A stretch of DNA of 63,848 bases, filler included, from Licmophora abbreviata (taxonomy: Eukaryota): NCBI GenBank assembly GCA_900291995.1. It is 8 parts of 8 records of this genome, joined end to end, with 100 filler letters (N's around TTAATTAATTAA, not from the genome) between each part and the next. Parts side by side here need not be neighbours in the genome. Positions count along the whole stretch, not along the records: positions 1 to 28,677 come from OLMU01002691.1; positions 28,778 to 42,164 come from OLMU01002697.1; 6 more parts are not named here. One strand, given 5' to 3'. The position numbers and the translations under genes are program-made. Shown piece after piece: positions 26,520-38,367 of this stretch. The notes beneath the pieces were generated by a model. The model saw only the letters and a program-made list of their open reading frames with translations. It was not told the DNA's origin and did not search any database. Numbering within the stretch: the stretch's first letter is position 1; each line of letters opens with the position of its first letter.

Positions 26520-28656
26520 CTAGTTTGGTCTCACCAGTCCATTTTCTTCGGGTCGTAGTAGCTCGTTCAAGAGACACTCGGACATGCGTTCCACTTCCTT
26601 CTCGACTATTGCTCTCGGGACAAGAGGTTTCCCCTTGAGCTCAACATAGTATTTCAACTTTGGTTCCGTACCACTCGCTCGAAACTGCGCCACACAACCA
26701 TTCTCAAACACAATCGTCATCATGGGCGACGATGTAGACGTTGGCAGAGTCGGTCGTTTGTCGGCTGTCGTGGAATCATAACCATCCACAGTGCCCAAGT
26801 CACGGATCGACTGGACTTTGTATGGACCAACCATTTCCATGTACTTGCCACCATTGCGCATCGCATCGATAATCTTGACGACGATACTCGGATCGTAACA
26901 AAAGAAGTAACCATTCTTCGACACGAACTCGCCATACTTGTCATACAGAGATTGCATATGTTGCGATAGAGTCATCCTTCCGCCGCCGTACACGCTGTAG
27001 GCGAGTTCCGCAAAGACCGCCATGGCAGTGATGCCGTCCTTGTCGTGGACGACGTCGCCGCAACAGAAGCCAATCGCTTCTTCGTAACCGAACAGGGAGT
27101 TGCAGGATTCACCCGCCAGTTCGGCCAGTCGGGAACCGATCCATTTGAAACCCGTCAAGGTGTCTTCGTACCGAAAGCCTTCGACGCGGGCGATCTCGGA
27201 CAACATCTTGGAGGAGACGGTCGAGGCGCACATGGCGACAGGCTATGGGTAGGTATAGTGTCGTGTGTATAATACGAGGCGACCAACAGTGTGAGACGAC
27301 GTCGACAGAACAGACGCTTAGAGTATACACGGCATCTCTCGTTTGTCTCACCTTGTCACCTTTCTTGCCGACACTCTCCCACAACCAGTGTCCCAGCATG
27401 GTCCCAATTTGGTCTCCAGTAAAGACGATCCATTCTTTGGTACGTTCGTCGTATTCCGCCACGGCAAGTCGATCCGCATCTGGATCATTGGCAAGCACAA
27501 TGTTGAAGTTGTGATTGAGAGCGTGATCCTTGGCAATGTCCAGGGCGCCCTCTTCCTCCGGATTGGGGAATGTGACAGTGGGAAACATGGGATCGGGTTG
27601 TTCCTGGGATGGTACCGAATGAAAGGGAGGCAATCCAAAGACCTCAAAGATACGCCGGGCGGGTTCAAGCCCAACACCATGCATGGCCGTATACACAAAG
27701 GATGGCCGCATCGATGGTATCATCCCATCATCATCATCATCATCATTGGAGGAGGATGCATGTTGAGCCGCAGCTTGTCCAGTGACGAGTCCGCTGTTGG
27801 AAATCGCCTCATAGTACGCCGCTTTGACTCGTTGCGTCTGTTCCACACTGCTTAGTCCCAAACACGTGTCATCAACATCGTCGTCTTCCTCTGGATCGCA
27901 TGCGGTAGATCGTCGTTGTCGTCGCCTCTGCTCTACCAACTCTCCATAATCCACCCACGGAGTCAAGTTCTCCAGTATACTTTGTGCAATACCTGTATCC
28001 AGTGGTGGCCGAATCTGACACCCATCCTTCCAGTATACCTTGTATCCATTATCCCGCGCAGGGTTGTGCGAGGCCGTCACCATGATGCCAGCCGCACACT
28101 TGTAGTAGGTCGTCGCAAAGGCCACAAGTGGCGTGTGTACGACCCCGTCCAACAAGATGCACTCGATGCCTGCTTGGACAAAGACGAGTGCCGAAATGAC
28201 GGCAAAGGAGAGGGAGGATAGTTGGAGTGCTGGATTCGAGCGGTGGTCGTAGCCAATCACGACGCGTAATGGTGTGTTGTTGTTGTTGTTGGTAGAGTTT
28301 TGAAGTTGGTGCTGACAGTATCGAGCGATCCCCTGTGCGGTTTGAAGTACGACGAGATCGTTCATGTTGAGCGGTCCGGGTTCCATGGCAGACCTCAATC
28401 CGGCAGTACCGAATCCAATTCGTCGGGAAGAGTCAGGTGGAAAGAGCGAGAGAAGTTCTTCTTTGGCGGCGGATGTTGTATTCGAATTATCTTGATTGTC
28501 GCCGCCACTGGTAGAGGCTTTCTGAAGTAGATCTTGGACCAGTTTTGCTGTCAATGGATTAGGATCCCATTGACACCATTGTTCAGCGCGTAGTTTGGAA
28601 GCAGGAGGCAGCATGAAGGTCGTTGTCGTTGCTTGCGTGGCTGCTGATGTTGTCAT
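26520..28656 (-). CDS. PGM2: Phosphoglucomutase/phosphopentomutase (PGM2 type)
   Basis: FGTAGLR, TASHNP catalytic Ser, DPDADR metal loop, GYEEAIG, RASGTEPKLKYY; intron 27243-27351. Confidence 0.93.
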
Positions 28657-28677
28657 GGTCGTGAGAGATGAAAGTTG

Positions 28678-28777
28678 NNNNNNNNNNNNNNNNNNNNNNN
28701 NNNNNNNNNNNNNNNNNNNNNTTAATTAATTAANNNNNNNNNNNNNNNNNNNNNNNNNNNNNNNNNNNNNNNNNNNN
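28678..28777. other. Assembly gap with artificial six-frame-stop spacer (also 42165-42264, 48714-48813, 50106-50205, 51862-51961, 53128-53227, 54271-54370)
   Basis: Identical 100-nt N runs with central TTAATTAATTAA. Confidence 0.97.
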
Positions 28778-29121
28778 ATCATACGCTCAACGCGCACCTT
28801 GAAATTTACCACATCAATTTTTGCGCGCGCTCAAACGCGACATTTTACATCTCCGGGTGTTGGTTGAATGTCATATACGACTACTAGTAAACGCATATTA
28901 TCGCGAGGCGTACTTGTACTTAACGTTTTGGCGAATCACCCAAATACGACCACGTAGCTTGGTGAATGAGTTTGGCGAGCAGGCTAGCTCCGATTTCTAC
29001 TCATGTGGCTTACATGTTTCGAAGCCCATCACTTTTTGGATTTGTTCTTTGGCGGGAGGTGAACTTCGCCTTTGCACATGATACTCCAGAGTAGACTGAT
29101 TGAACGCACATTCCCCAAGTC

Positions 29122-31248
29122 ATGAGTGGCGAAACTGGCTATGGTCGCTCGAGCGATGAGAGTATCGTTGATATCAGGCGACCCACTTACATTTCGTTTG
29201 CCGCAACGAGTTCCCTTCGGGTGCCCGAAGAGCGACTCCTTGTCGCGAGTCTCTCGGTTCAAGAAAGGCGTCAGCAGCTTCAAATGAAGGCAGGATTCGA
29301 GACGGAGCCCAAAAATACAGACAATTGTAATGATGTCGATGTCTTGTCTGACCTGGAGCCTAAGCTCACGAAGCTCTGCCGCCAGCAAAAGTGGGATGAA
29401 GTTCTGATTTGGAGCGTGACCCATCCGGAAGAGGCCGTTCCGATCGCACTTCCTCCAATCAAGCGCGAAAGAAACAGTCCACGACGGAACAGCATCCGTT
29501 CTCGTGGTGACGATGGTCATCTTTCTCGCACGGCTCCCCCTGTGGCAGTTTACGACGATACGCCGCTTGGTATTGTGTGCGCGTCCGAATTCCGAAATGA
29601 ACATGAGATGCTGACTGTTGTCAAGGCACTTCTAGCAGCGTGCCCCATTCAAATCCAATCGAGCCAGCGCATTTCGGGCCATACGCCATTGCGAAGTGCT
29701 GTGCAGAGCCCTTGGTGCAGTGTAGAGGTTCTCTGTGCATTGATCGAGGCTGATCTCGGTCTCTCCGGAAAACCTTGCCACAAAGCCATCAACATGAAAG
29801 ACCGCGACGGCCTGGAACCGGTTGATCATCTCATTATGGCAGTCCATGTGGCCAACTCTGACAGTTCTTTAGCTTTGCTGAATCACTTTCTCCGCGCTAC
29901 TCGTGCCGTTAACGACCAGCGTCACGGAAAAGATTGTTCCTGTGGATTGACGGTGTCTCCACTAAACCGTCTTTTGTCCATGGGGACATCGTACGGGCTG
30001 AATGTCCAATCTGGACGAGGCAAGACCAGAGCGATGGAAGAAGCTCGTCTCTTTCGTGTTCAAGAGGCTGCAAAGCTCATTGTGGAAGAAAGCAAGTGCA
30101 TTCTTCAAGTTCGCGCCAGGTCGACGCAGTGTACGCCGCTGCACATTGCCCTACGAAACTATGGGGATTGTCTTTCGTTGATTCAGTTTCTCATTGAAAT
30201 GGACGAACCGCAGTTCATGATCAAACAGAGAAACTTGTATGGCGACCTGCCGTTGCATGTCGCGTGCTCTGTCGGTGTCCCTGCCGAAGTGTTTAGTCTC
30301 ATTGTGAACTGTACGCTGAACGCCGCGCAGAAACATGTAGATGTACCTCATCCGCTAATCTGGTCTACCAACATCTCGGGATACACAGCCGTTGACTTGG
30401 AGTGGATGCGACACATTGAAGGCGGTCGGGGATTCTTCGAGAGCCGGACATTCTATCCACTCGAGGCATGTGGGATTCGCTGGCATTGTAGTCGACAAGA
30501 CGAATTCTACCGCGAGCTGCTTGAAGAAGCTGTGAGCCAAGTTCTTCAGACAGATTCAATGTCTCCTGAATGCTCAAAGGTTGCCGCCGATACGTTTGGT
30601 GCCATGCTGGATCGCATTCTCTTTCTCATCAAAGTTTCTCATGAAGGAAGTCTTCCCGAGACGAACGCCGACGCCCGGAATGGATTGGTACATGCCGCCT
30701 CGTCGCTGTGTCGACTCCCGGGTCCTTCTTTACCGAAAGCGTTGCTTGATCTCATACATTGGACGGAGCCGGAACAGATCTTTCAGACTGACCGGTTCGG
30801 CCGTACTCCGCTCCACTACTCTGTCATGCCTGGGTCAACACGAGATGAGGTGACGTTAGAGACAAGAAGAAAGGATCAGGTTATCATCAAGGACTATTTG
30901 GGCTGGACGAGTCATCTATTGGAAAGACATCCGCAGGCTACAGAGACTTTGGATTACCATGGACGCCTTCCACTTCACTACCTGCTTCGAGGGTCCTCAG
31001 TCGTCTCTGCGGAGCCTTGGGGAGATGTGGCCGAGTCCACCGTTGATAATGAAATGGAAGCAGCTCGGAACAAAGTCGTTTGGGACTTGGTTGACGCATT
31101 CCCGCACTCCATCGAGCAACAAGACCCGTCAAGCGGTCTCCTTCCTTTCATGATGGCAGCCGCGAATCCATCCATGACGCTTGACATGGTATATCGAATG
31201 CTTCGCCGATCTCCGACACTTGTACGCCAGGGGGGACTGCCTGATTGA
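29122..31248 (+). CDS. Degenerate ankyrin-repeat protein
   Basis: Repeated TPLH/LPLH motifs (GHTPLR, TPLHIAL, GDLPLHVAC, GRTPLHY, GRLPLHY) and terminal GLLPFMMAA..LDMVYRMLRRSP. Confidence 0.75.
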   Translation: MSGETGYGRSSDESIVDIRRPTYISFAATSSLRVPEERLLVASLSVQERRQQLQMKAGFETEPKNTDNCNDVDVLSDLEPKLTKLCRQQKWDEVLIWSVTHPEEAVPIALPPIKRERNSPRRNSIRSRGDDGHLSRTAPPVAVYDDTPLGIVCASEFRNEHEMLTVVKALLAACPIQIQSSQRISGHTPLRSAVQSPWCSVEVLCALIEADLGLSGKPCHKAINMKDRDGLEPVDHLIMAVHVANSDSSLALLNHFLRATRAVNDQRHGKDCSCGLTVSPLNRLLSMGTSYGLNVQSGRGKTRAMEEARLFRVQEAAKLIVEESKCILQVRARSTQCTPLHIALRNYGDCLSLIQFLIEMDEPQFMIKQRNLYGDLPLHVACSVGVPAEVFSLIVNCTLNAAQKHVDVPHPLIWSTNISGYTAVDLEWMRHIEGGRGFFESRTFYPLEACGIRWHCSRQDEFYRELLEEAVSQVLQTDSMSPECSKVAADTFGAMLDRILFLIKVSHEGSLPETNADARNGLVHAASSLCRLPGPSLPKALLDLIHWTEPEQIFQTDRFGRTPLHYSVMPGSTRDEVTLETRRKDQVIIKDYLGWTSHLLERHPQATETLDYHGRLPLHYLLRGSSVVSAEPWGDVAESTVDNEMEAARNKVVWDLVDAFPHSIEQQDPSSGLLPFMMAAANPSMTLDMVYRMLRRSPTLVRQGGLPD

Positions 31249-31327
31249 CCTACAGGGGGGTATTTTAGTAGGTTTTTTATACACTGTACATAAAAAGTAA
31301 CAATTGCGTCGAACACATGGCCTCCAG

Positions 31328-33919
31328 CTACATCGATTCATAGAATAGCATATATGCTTGACATCTTCGTACTTCTCTCCAGGTGACGCGCGTAACGATC
31401 GTATCCGAGACAAGGAACCATTTCTCGCTCGTTCTCGGTGTACCACCCCTTCGGTAGGTCTGGTAGTGACCCAAGTTTGCGTCGCCGCGGTGTTCGATGA
31501 CGCTTTGTAATTTGTATGGAATGGGCGTTGAGACGATGTTAAAATCACGATTGGTCATAAGCGATGATCCTGATCCGGCCCAGGATGACCTATCCTCATT
31601 CACCATGGAACCTCCTCCATAAGCACAATATGGACGGACGTCGAGCACTTCCGGGAAAGCAACGTGCTGCAATGTCTTCGCCGTGCAACCTCTTCTTGAA
31701 TCGAAGTACTTGCGTTGAATATGAAGACACAAAACGAAAGGAAGCCTTGTCAGGAACTCACAGCGCCTAGCAGGACCGCGTCGCAACGGTCTCAGTGCGG
31801 ACCTCTCTTCGAGACAGAGGCCGAGGCCGTTGAGCGAATCTGGCCGCAGCGCTTCATGATCAACTTCGTCCGGGTCGGTACTTCTCAAAATTTCCAAAGT
31901 AGACTCCGCTTTCTTAAGCTCCATGGTCAAACCTTCTGCGTGATACTCTCCAACGTCTGTCTCACTCTTTCGCCTGCTACGTTTCAAAACGGTGCTGATT
32001 GCGCCTCGCAGCATCAGGACCTCATCTTCCAGCTGGGCTATCTCCTGCTGGATGGTACACATGCCGCACTCAACATCTTGGACACATTCGGCACTGACAT
32101 ATTCTCGTAGACATTCATCAATCGTACATTGTGGTGGATGCGACAGAGCTCCGAGCCTGCCAACTTGCGAAAGAGCAGTGGGCGTAAGCGAAATGTGTAG
32201 GAATGGTTCATTACGGATCGGTCGTACGTGACCACATGTGCAGCACTGAACCGTGGAACCAGTCCACCCACTTAGAGGCGACGGCGTGACAGATGACAAA
32301 GTCTGAAGCATATGAGCATCGGTTGGCGGCGTGAGAGAGTGTTGGTCGACGTAGAAAAGTTCTTCTTGCAAACCTTGATCATGCTCTTCTTGCTTCTTTT
32401 CTTCCCGCGAATGGTCCAGATTTGCGCCTTGAACGTTTCTCAGTCCTGTCTCACCATGCCCGAGCTTTGTAAGTTCATCTTTCGATGGTTCCGCTTTTTG
32501 CTCCAAGTCCATCTTTAACAAGAGCTCAGAGAGGGAAAGATAGCAGTCATCTGACTCTTCACCAGAGCCATCGGCAACAGAGGACGACACGAACGATGAT
32601 TCCAGAGAGCAGCTGGAGGTGAGATGCGCGTCGTCTATGATAAAGTCCAACAGGGCCTGAAGCAATTCGTGAGCGTCCTGCTGCTCTCGGCCAACAGTGC
32701 CACGAACCCGACCGTGAAACTGTTTATTTTTCCGGCTCAGCTGGTGCAAGATCTCTCGTGGATCACACCCCGATACTGACGGTTGATTAAGGGATCTCAG
32801 TAAGGTTTGCAATCGGTCGCTCAAACAATCGTTGCATGCATTGCCGTACTCGACCTGTTCGTCGTGCAGTTGAACGACCCGATCCAAATACACTAGAAAT
32901 GGTTCAAGAGACGCAAGCGCCTGTAGGACAGAGTTGAGGAAACATGTTTGCCCATAGTTCCGTATACCTCTTGGCGCATTAGCTGATGGTGCAAATGCGT
33001 ACGAAGGAGTCGACCGACGTTCCTTCGACGTCATGGAAACGCCTTGCGGTAGAGGTATTGCGATTTGATCACCGAGAAGTGCGGCGTACTCATTCCGCTT
33101 CGACCGACGAATCGCACGGTGTATTTTCAACGAGATCCAAGGGGGGCTTGTCTGAACAAGTGAGTGCAGCAGATCAATTGCCAAGAGAGCCGATAAATCT
33201 TGAACTGTAGACGACATGCTACGTGAAAGCCGCAGGATCTGGTCCATTCTTCCATGATGGGTTGTGCTGTCTAGATTCGTCCTGTTGGTAGTTGAGCGAG
33301 ACACGTTATCAAACGATAATATCGGAATGAGCCATGGCAGGTCAAAATGCGGCAGGCTTGCAATGTCCTGTGATTCTCTCCGCGCTTTGGAATGCTCATC
33401 TGAAAGCGAACCCAACTTCAGGCCGTTGTGGACATGGGGTCGGCTCTGCCAGCCAGCCAAAAAGGCGGAATCGCCCCTCTTCGACAACGAATCTGCAGAA
33501 TGCATGGTAATGACTGCATTAGAGCTAGAAAATCGAGCTGGTCTCGTCTCCAATTCGGTATTTGTCTGTCGCTTCTTGGGAGGAGACGGCGCCGCCTTCT
33601 TGACTTCAGCATCTACTTGTTCTTTCGCGTCATGGCTCAAATCTTGCTCCTCCTCCCGTCTCTCATCTACAGCGCGTGTGACGGTAGCGTAGGATCCACT
33701 GGTCGGTACACAGCTAGCCACTGTGGGAGCGCTTAACGGATCTCCGAGTATAGATGACAGCGAGGGTTTCGTAGTCTTCATGATGGTGTCGCTGTAAAAT
33801 TCTGAAACCTGGTGATTCTTGCTTTGCACTTTAAGAGATTGTCTCGAGAATTGTTGTCGAGCAGACTTTGCGCTACTATAAATTGAAGTCGCCTGCACCA
33901 AAGACGATGTCGGAAGCAA
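31328..33919 (-). CDS. Ubiquitin-specific protease (peptidase C19, USP30-like)
   Basis: Cys box GIRNYGQTCFLNSVLQAL, QQDAHE, His box HRGDANLGHY, WFLVSD, AYMLFYE; true start probably downstream of ORF start. Confidence 0.9.
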   Translation of the reverse strand: MLPTSSLVQATSIYSSAKSARQQFSRQSLKVQSKNHQVSEFYSDTIMKTTKPSLSSILGDPLSAPTVASCVPTSGSYATVTRAVDERREEEQDLSHDAKEQVDAEVKKAAPSPPKKRQTNTELETRPARFSSSNAVITMHSADSLSKRGDSAFLAGWQSRPHVHNGLKLGSLSDEHSKARRESQDIASLPHFDLPWLIPILSFDNVSRSTTNRTNLDSTTHHGRMDQILRLSRSMSSTVQDLSALLAIDLLHSLVQTSPPWISLKIHRAIRRSKRNEYAALLGDQIAIPLPQGVSMTSKERRSTPSYAFAPSANAPRGIRNYGQTCFLNSVLQALASLEPFLVYLDRVVQLHDEQVEYGNACNDCLSDRLQTLLRSLNQPSVSGCDPREILHQLSRKNKQFHGRVRGTVGREQQDAHELLQALLDFIIDDAHLTSSCSLESSFVSSSVADGSGEESDDCYLSLSELLLKMDLEQKAEPSKDELTKLGHGETGLRNVQGANLDHSREEKKQEEHDQGLQEELFYVDQHSLTPPTDAHMLQTLSSVTPSPLSGWTGSTVQCCTCGHVRPIRNEPFLHISLTPTALSQVGRLGALSHPPQCTIDECLREYVSAECVQDVECGMCTIQQEIAQLEDEVLMLRGAISTVLKRSRRKSETDVGEYHAEGLTMELKKAESTLEILRSTDPDEVDHEALRPDSLNGLGLCLEERSALRPLRRGPARRCEFLTRLPFVLCLHIQRKYFDSRRGCTAKTLQHVAFPEVLDVRPYCAYGGGSMVNEDRSSWAGSGSSLMTNRDFNIVSTPIPYKLQSVIEHRGDANLGHYQTYRRGGTPRTSEKWFLVSDTIVTRVTWREVRRCQAYMLFYESM

Positions 33920-34450
33920 TGAGCGAGGTAGACACGGAGGACAAACGCGTCCAAATTACGTCCCACTGGCCATCATGACGGCAGGTGAGCCCGATGAGAA
34001 ATGTGTTGACTGTTGTTCGAGATGATTGCGAATTTGCTTTGACGACGACGAGTATGATACAGGACGGCCGTAGATTCCCTACTGGAGCCTACATGTCGTA
34101 GCCCGGAAGTACAAATGTGGCTCAACTCAACGACTGTAAAGACGACCCTACGACGTAGTTCAACTCCCAGATATATTATTCTTCGCTGGGATTATAGCCA
34201 CACCTAGCAGTGCCTCAGTTTCGAAGCTTTATTGGTTATTCCACAAGAGGCAGCAGCCAAACACTAGCAAGTAACAGAGTGGAAGCCGTCGCCCGTCTAC
34301 AACTCCTCGCTTCACTCAGCAATGCATCGGTTTGGCGACGAAGTTTCCGGCGTATCGGAACTGTCGACAGAAGAGGAGGTCATGTGAAATTTCATTAGAG
34401 ACGCGGGGCTACGACAATCATTGCCATCGCGAAGTCGAACTATTGTACTA

Positions 34451-35285
34451 TCAGGCGAATGCACTCACCTGCGCTAGAATTCCTCCACCGTCAAATACCC
34501 CCCAGAATCCACCGGGAGGCTTAATATCTTTCTTAACTGTGACTGTTCCGTCCACTAGGGATAGATTCTTTGATGATCCATCTGTCTTGACCTGCGCTTG
34601 CCAGTAAAACCTCGCGATTTCATTGGGCGTGCTGGCATCGTCACTTGGAAGTTTTGCATTGACACTGAACAGCACGTACTGCAGATCGTCGTCCTCGGAC
34701 GTTTCCTCGTCCCACCCCCAAACCTTTTCTATATTCAAAGATGCAGATCCTGTCGGTGCGTGAGAAATGAGTTCAGAGTAACCATCGCTGCGAAACTTGA
34801 CCGAGAGCTTCCCGAATACATGGAGCGCGGCGTAGATTCAGCTGCATTTTCGTCTGTATCGTCATCCTGAGGTTCAGGCTCAGACGAGAAGCGATAGGTC
34901 AATGTCCAAGAAGATTCCGAAAGTTCCTTGTATGTCACTGGTGCAGAAGGACTAGTAGTAGCCGCAGTATCCTCCTTGCCGACACTACGACTGCTCCGTC
35001 CGAGCTGCTCGCTCAATGTGTCGGCTTCTTGCCGTAGCTTCGAAGCAGACTCTCGTAACCGTTCTACTTCATCTGAGGACGTAGCTTTCCTTGGTGATGC
35101 TGAAGAGAAACGACTTGTTGCCGATCTCCAGAGTCTAGTGCGACAGGACTGCCCTGCACTCCGGCGATGATACTGCACGTGTGTCGTTGACGACCATGCG
35201 AACGCGCATGACACCAGAGCAAACAAAGCCACCAATATACGCAGTGGATCATCACTCTTTCGGAAATTCATAATTCCAGAGGCCA
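34451..35285 (-). CDS. Hypothetical protein with bipartite (signal + transit-like) presequence; split by one frameshift
   Basis: ILVALFALVSCAFAW signal then S/R-rich transit; ORFs 34735-35385 and 34451-34738 join through a shift near 34811 (SMYSG/KLSVKFRSDGYSE...KVWGWD). Confidence 0.6.
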
Positions 35286-35646
35286 TAAGGAGATGTAGCG
35301 AACGCTTCCTGTAGCTTGTTAGGTGACAGGAGGATTCAGTGGTACCAGGTAGATAGAGATACACCACCGACGCGAGTGAATTCACTGTAATGCATTCTCA
35401 TCATCATGGTCGACTTCGCTCAAAAACCTACGAACTTTAAAATAGGTTCTTGGGAAAGAGCTCGCACTTAATTGAGTCGAAGGCGTCCTTCAATACCTCG
35501 ACTGCAGCTCGTAGGTTTTCCATATTCTGTGTATTCAAATTGAATCCACACAGGACCTCATCGAATCTTTCTCGTGCAGGTTTCGTTCACAATGATGTCT
35601 TTGTCTTGTACCAAAGTATCCTCAGCGATCAGGAGAGCAACGGCCA

Positions 35647-37372
35647 TGAACCATAGTTTGTCCCTACCACAGCTGCTGATCATCATAATGGCGTTCTCTT
35701 CGTTATTCAAGAAATCCAAGGCTCTCAGCAGTGCATCCGGCAAAACTCCGTCACGGTCCTATGACCTCGTCGTGATTGGCGGCGGATCCGCAGGACTTAC
35801 GGCCGCTAAATTCGCTGCCACCTTTGGAAAGTCTGTCGTGATTGTCGAAAAGAATCGCCTGGGTGGCGACTGCACGTGGACGGGCTGTGTGCCCTCGAAA
35901 GCTGTCATTGCCAGTGCCAAGGCAGCGCATATTGCCCGCACCTCGACCAAATACGGCGTGTCCACTGGTAGTGTCCAAGTCGACATGGCTGCCGTTCGAA
36001 AGCGCATGGTTCATATTCAAGAACGGATCTATGATGAAGATGACTCCCCAGAGGCCATGAAAAAGCTGGGGATCGATACAGTGTCGGGAAAGGCCACCTT
36101 TGTGTCGCCGACTGTTTTGGACATTGACGGCAACTCCTCCATGACGATTGAAGCGACGCAAGGCGTCGTCGTGGCCACCGGTGCCACGCCCAAACGTCCC
36201 ACGGACAAGATCAAGGGTCTGGATCAAGTGGAGTACTTGACTTACGAAGAAATATTTGATCTTGAGACGCTGCCCTCCAGCATGACGGTAGTAGGTGGAG
36301 GACCGATTGGATCCGAACTGGCTCAAACCTATGCGCGACTTGGAGTCAAGGTGACTCAAGTGGCATCGCGACTGCTTCCACTTGAAGAACCCGAAGTCAT
36401 CGAGGCTATGGAGGAAGTTTTTCAAGCTGATGGTATCGAACGAATCAAGGGACGCATGGTGAGTGTGGAGTCCGATGGAAAGGGACACAAGGGAACCTGC
36501 AAACTTGCGGACGGATCCGAGGTGACAGTGACGGGTGGCTTGTTGTTGTTGGCAGCCGGACGCTCTCCAAATGTAAAGGGGTTCGGACTAGAGGAACTCG
36601 GCGTCAAGTTCAATTCGAGGGGTGGGATCGAAACCAACGGCAAGCTACAGACGAGGGTGAAGAAGGTGTACGCCGCGGGTGACTGTACGGGAGACAAGCA
36701 ATTGTACGTGCGGCACAAAGATCTCTGAGAGCGATGGACTGATCACCGATGAGTGTATGTTATAACTCACGACTTGCGTCTCTTTCTCTCCTGTAACGAT
36801 ACAGCACACACTATGCGGGTTACCAGGGAGCTATCGCAGCGAGGAACATTCTTTTGCCACTGAGCGATGGTGGAATCATTGAGAACGTTCCGGCAGCGAC
36901 ATTTACGAGCCCAGAGGTGAGATTCATGCGACTCCTAGCCAGACTTTGTGCGTGTTCGAGAATGATTTCCCTAACGTTTCACTCGTACTGGTAGGTCTCG
37001 TCGGTAGGTCTGACTGAAGCCGCAGCAAAGAAGCAATATGGCGAAGGCAAGGTTGGTGTCGCCATTCAGCATATGAGTCACGTCGACCGCGCCGTTTGTG
37101 ACGGCGAAGAAAAGGGTTTGATAAAGATTGTATACAACGCGAAGAATTACCAAATTCTCGGTGCGACGATCATGTCTCCAGCTGCTGGTGAACTCATCTC
37201 AGAGATCAGCGTCGCGATGAAAGCCAAGTTGTCATTTGACCAGCTCGCGACTATTATCCACTCCTATCCGTCATACAGCATGGCGCTTCAGCTAATGGCG
37301 GGTGAGGTTTACTACGAAAAGAATCTCAAGCTGAAACCAGTGCTTGACTTTCTAAAGCGAATAGGTCTTTAG
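35647..37372 (+). CDS. Class-I pyridine nucleotide-disulfide oxidoreductase, mercuric reductase-like
   Basis: DLVVIGGGSAG, GGDCTWTGCVPSK, VVGGGPIGSE, YAAGD..QFTHYA; introns 36704-36804 and 36917-36994. Confidence 0.9.
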
Positions 37373-37668
37373 GACTACTAGCTGACTCCTCATGTAGGAA
37401 CCTAGGTTGGCATCACGAGCTAGACCGTACCGGTAGTATGATATGAGCGGTCCTTGATCACTGCTCCACGGCGCAATAGGCTAAAAGGGGCGAAAAGACT
37501 TGTGATGACGTGAAGTGCGAACCGCGACGCTCGCCGCACGATGTCCTTTTTTTTCATTTTCCGTGAAGGCGACATGGCGGTGCGCTCGACGCTTACCGAA
37601 TGCTGCCATCGCTGCTGCATCGAGAGAGAGAGAGAGAATCTGACACGAGAAGAACGTGATTATAACGC

Positions 37669-38367
37669 ATGAGGAGCCTTGAGTACAGCTCCGTCGGTCA
37701 AGTCGACATCGAAGTATCCCAGTCTAGAGGTAGGCGGCTTCGACAGCCTTCTGTATGGTTGAAGGCGGGAGCGTTCTTGACTGTCGTAGTTGTCATCGGT
37801 ACCACTTTTCTTTGGGATGGATCAAGTGAGGATGCACCTGAATCAGAAACGCAGCCACGAGATCCCAAGCCTCAAACACCCAGCACGCCCAAGCAACCGG
37901 AGATTCTTCCTACACCCAAACCCACGACGTCTGGTGAGTCGTGCGAAGCTTACTTTGAATGCAAGACAGATCGACTTGGACATGAGAGCCCTCTATACGC
38001 TGGGCAGGCAATTTGTAATGGTAACTTCATGATGGGACTTAGCAGCGAGGGAGTCTTTCAGTGGAGAGACTGTACTACGACTCAATCGAATGTCTTTTAC
38101 AACCAAACGGGGAAATATTACTTTGCCATGCTGCCAGACGCATCCTGGAACATCTATGACAAAGACACTGGAGAGTTAAAATGGAAAGAAGAGTGTTTGA
38201 AAGACGTTCACGTTCACCCTGAATGCCTGAGGAGGCCTCGACTGGATTGTCCGTATATACATTTGCACAAGAATGGAGATATCGTTGTGAACTGGATCGA
38301 TGACAATGGAACGTGGATGGATCGGAACGCGAGAAATACACGGCTATATAGCAATCTGTTTGAGTAG
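37669..38367 (+). CDS. Type II membrane protein with Pro-rich stalk and Cys-containing, bulb-lectin-like domain
   Basis: TM AGAFLTVVVVIGTTFLW, P/T/K stalk, LYAGQAICNG..GLSSEG, LHKNGDIVV resembling B-lectin repeats. Confidence 0.5.
   Translation: MRSLEYSSVGQVDIEVSQSRGRRLRQPSVWLKAGAFLTVVVVIGTTFLWDGSSEDAPESETQPRDPKPQTPSTPKQPEILPTPKPTTSGESCEAYFECKTDRLGHESPLYAGQAICNGNFMMGLSSEGVFQWRDCTTTQSNVFYNQTGKYYFAMLPDASWNIYDKDTGELKWKEECLKDVHVHPECLRRPRLDCPYIHLHKNGDIVVNWIDDNGTWMDRNARNTRLYSNLFE

Noticed and set aside
28722..28733. TTAATTAATTAA palindromic motif repeated seven times
   Set aside because: Always centred in 100-nt N runs; an artificial scaffold spacer
34150..34172. GTTCAACTCCC resembling a tRNA T-loop
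   Set aside because: No pairing T-stem or cloverleaf
35751..36488. Long antisense ORFs (for example 245 aa here, 6855-7463, 56353-57012)
   Set aside because: Shadow ORFs of real genes with no recognisable motifs
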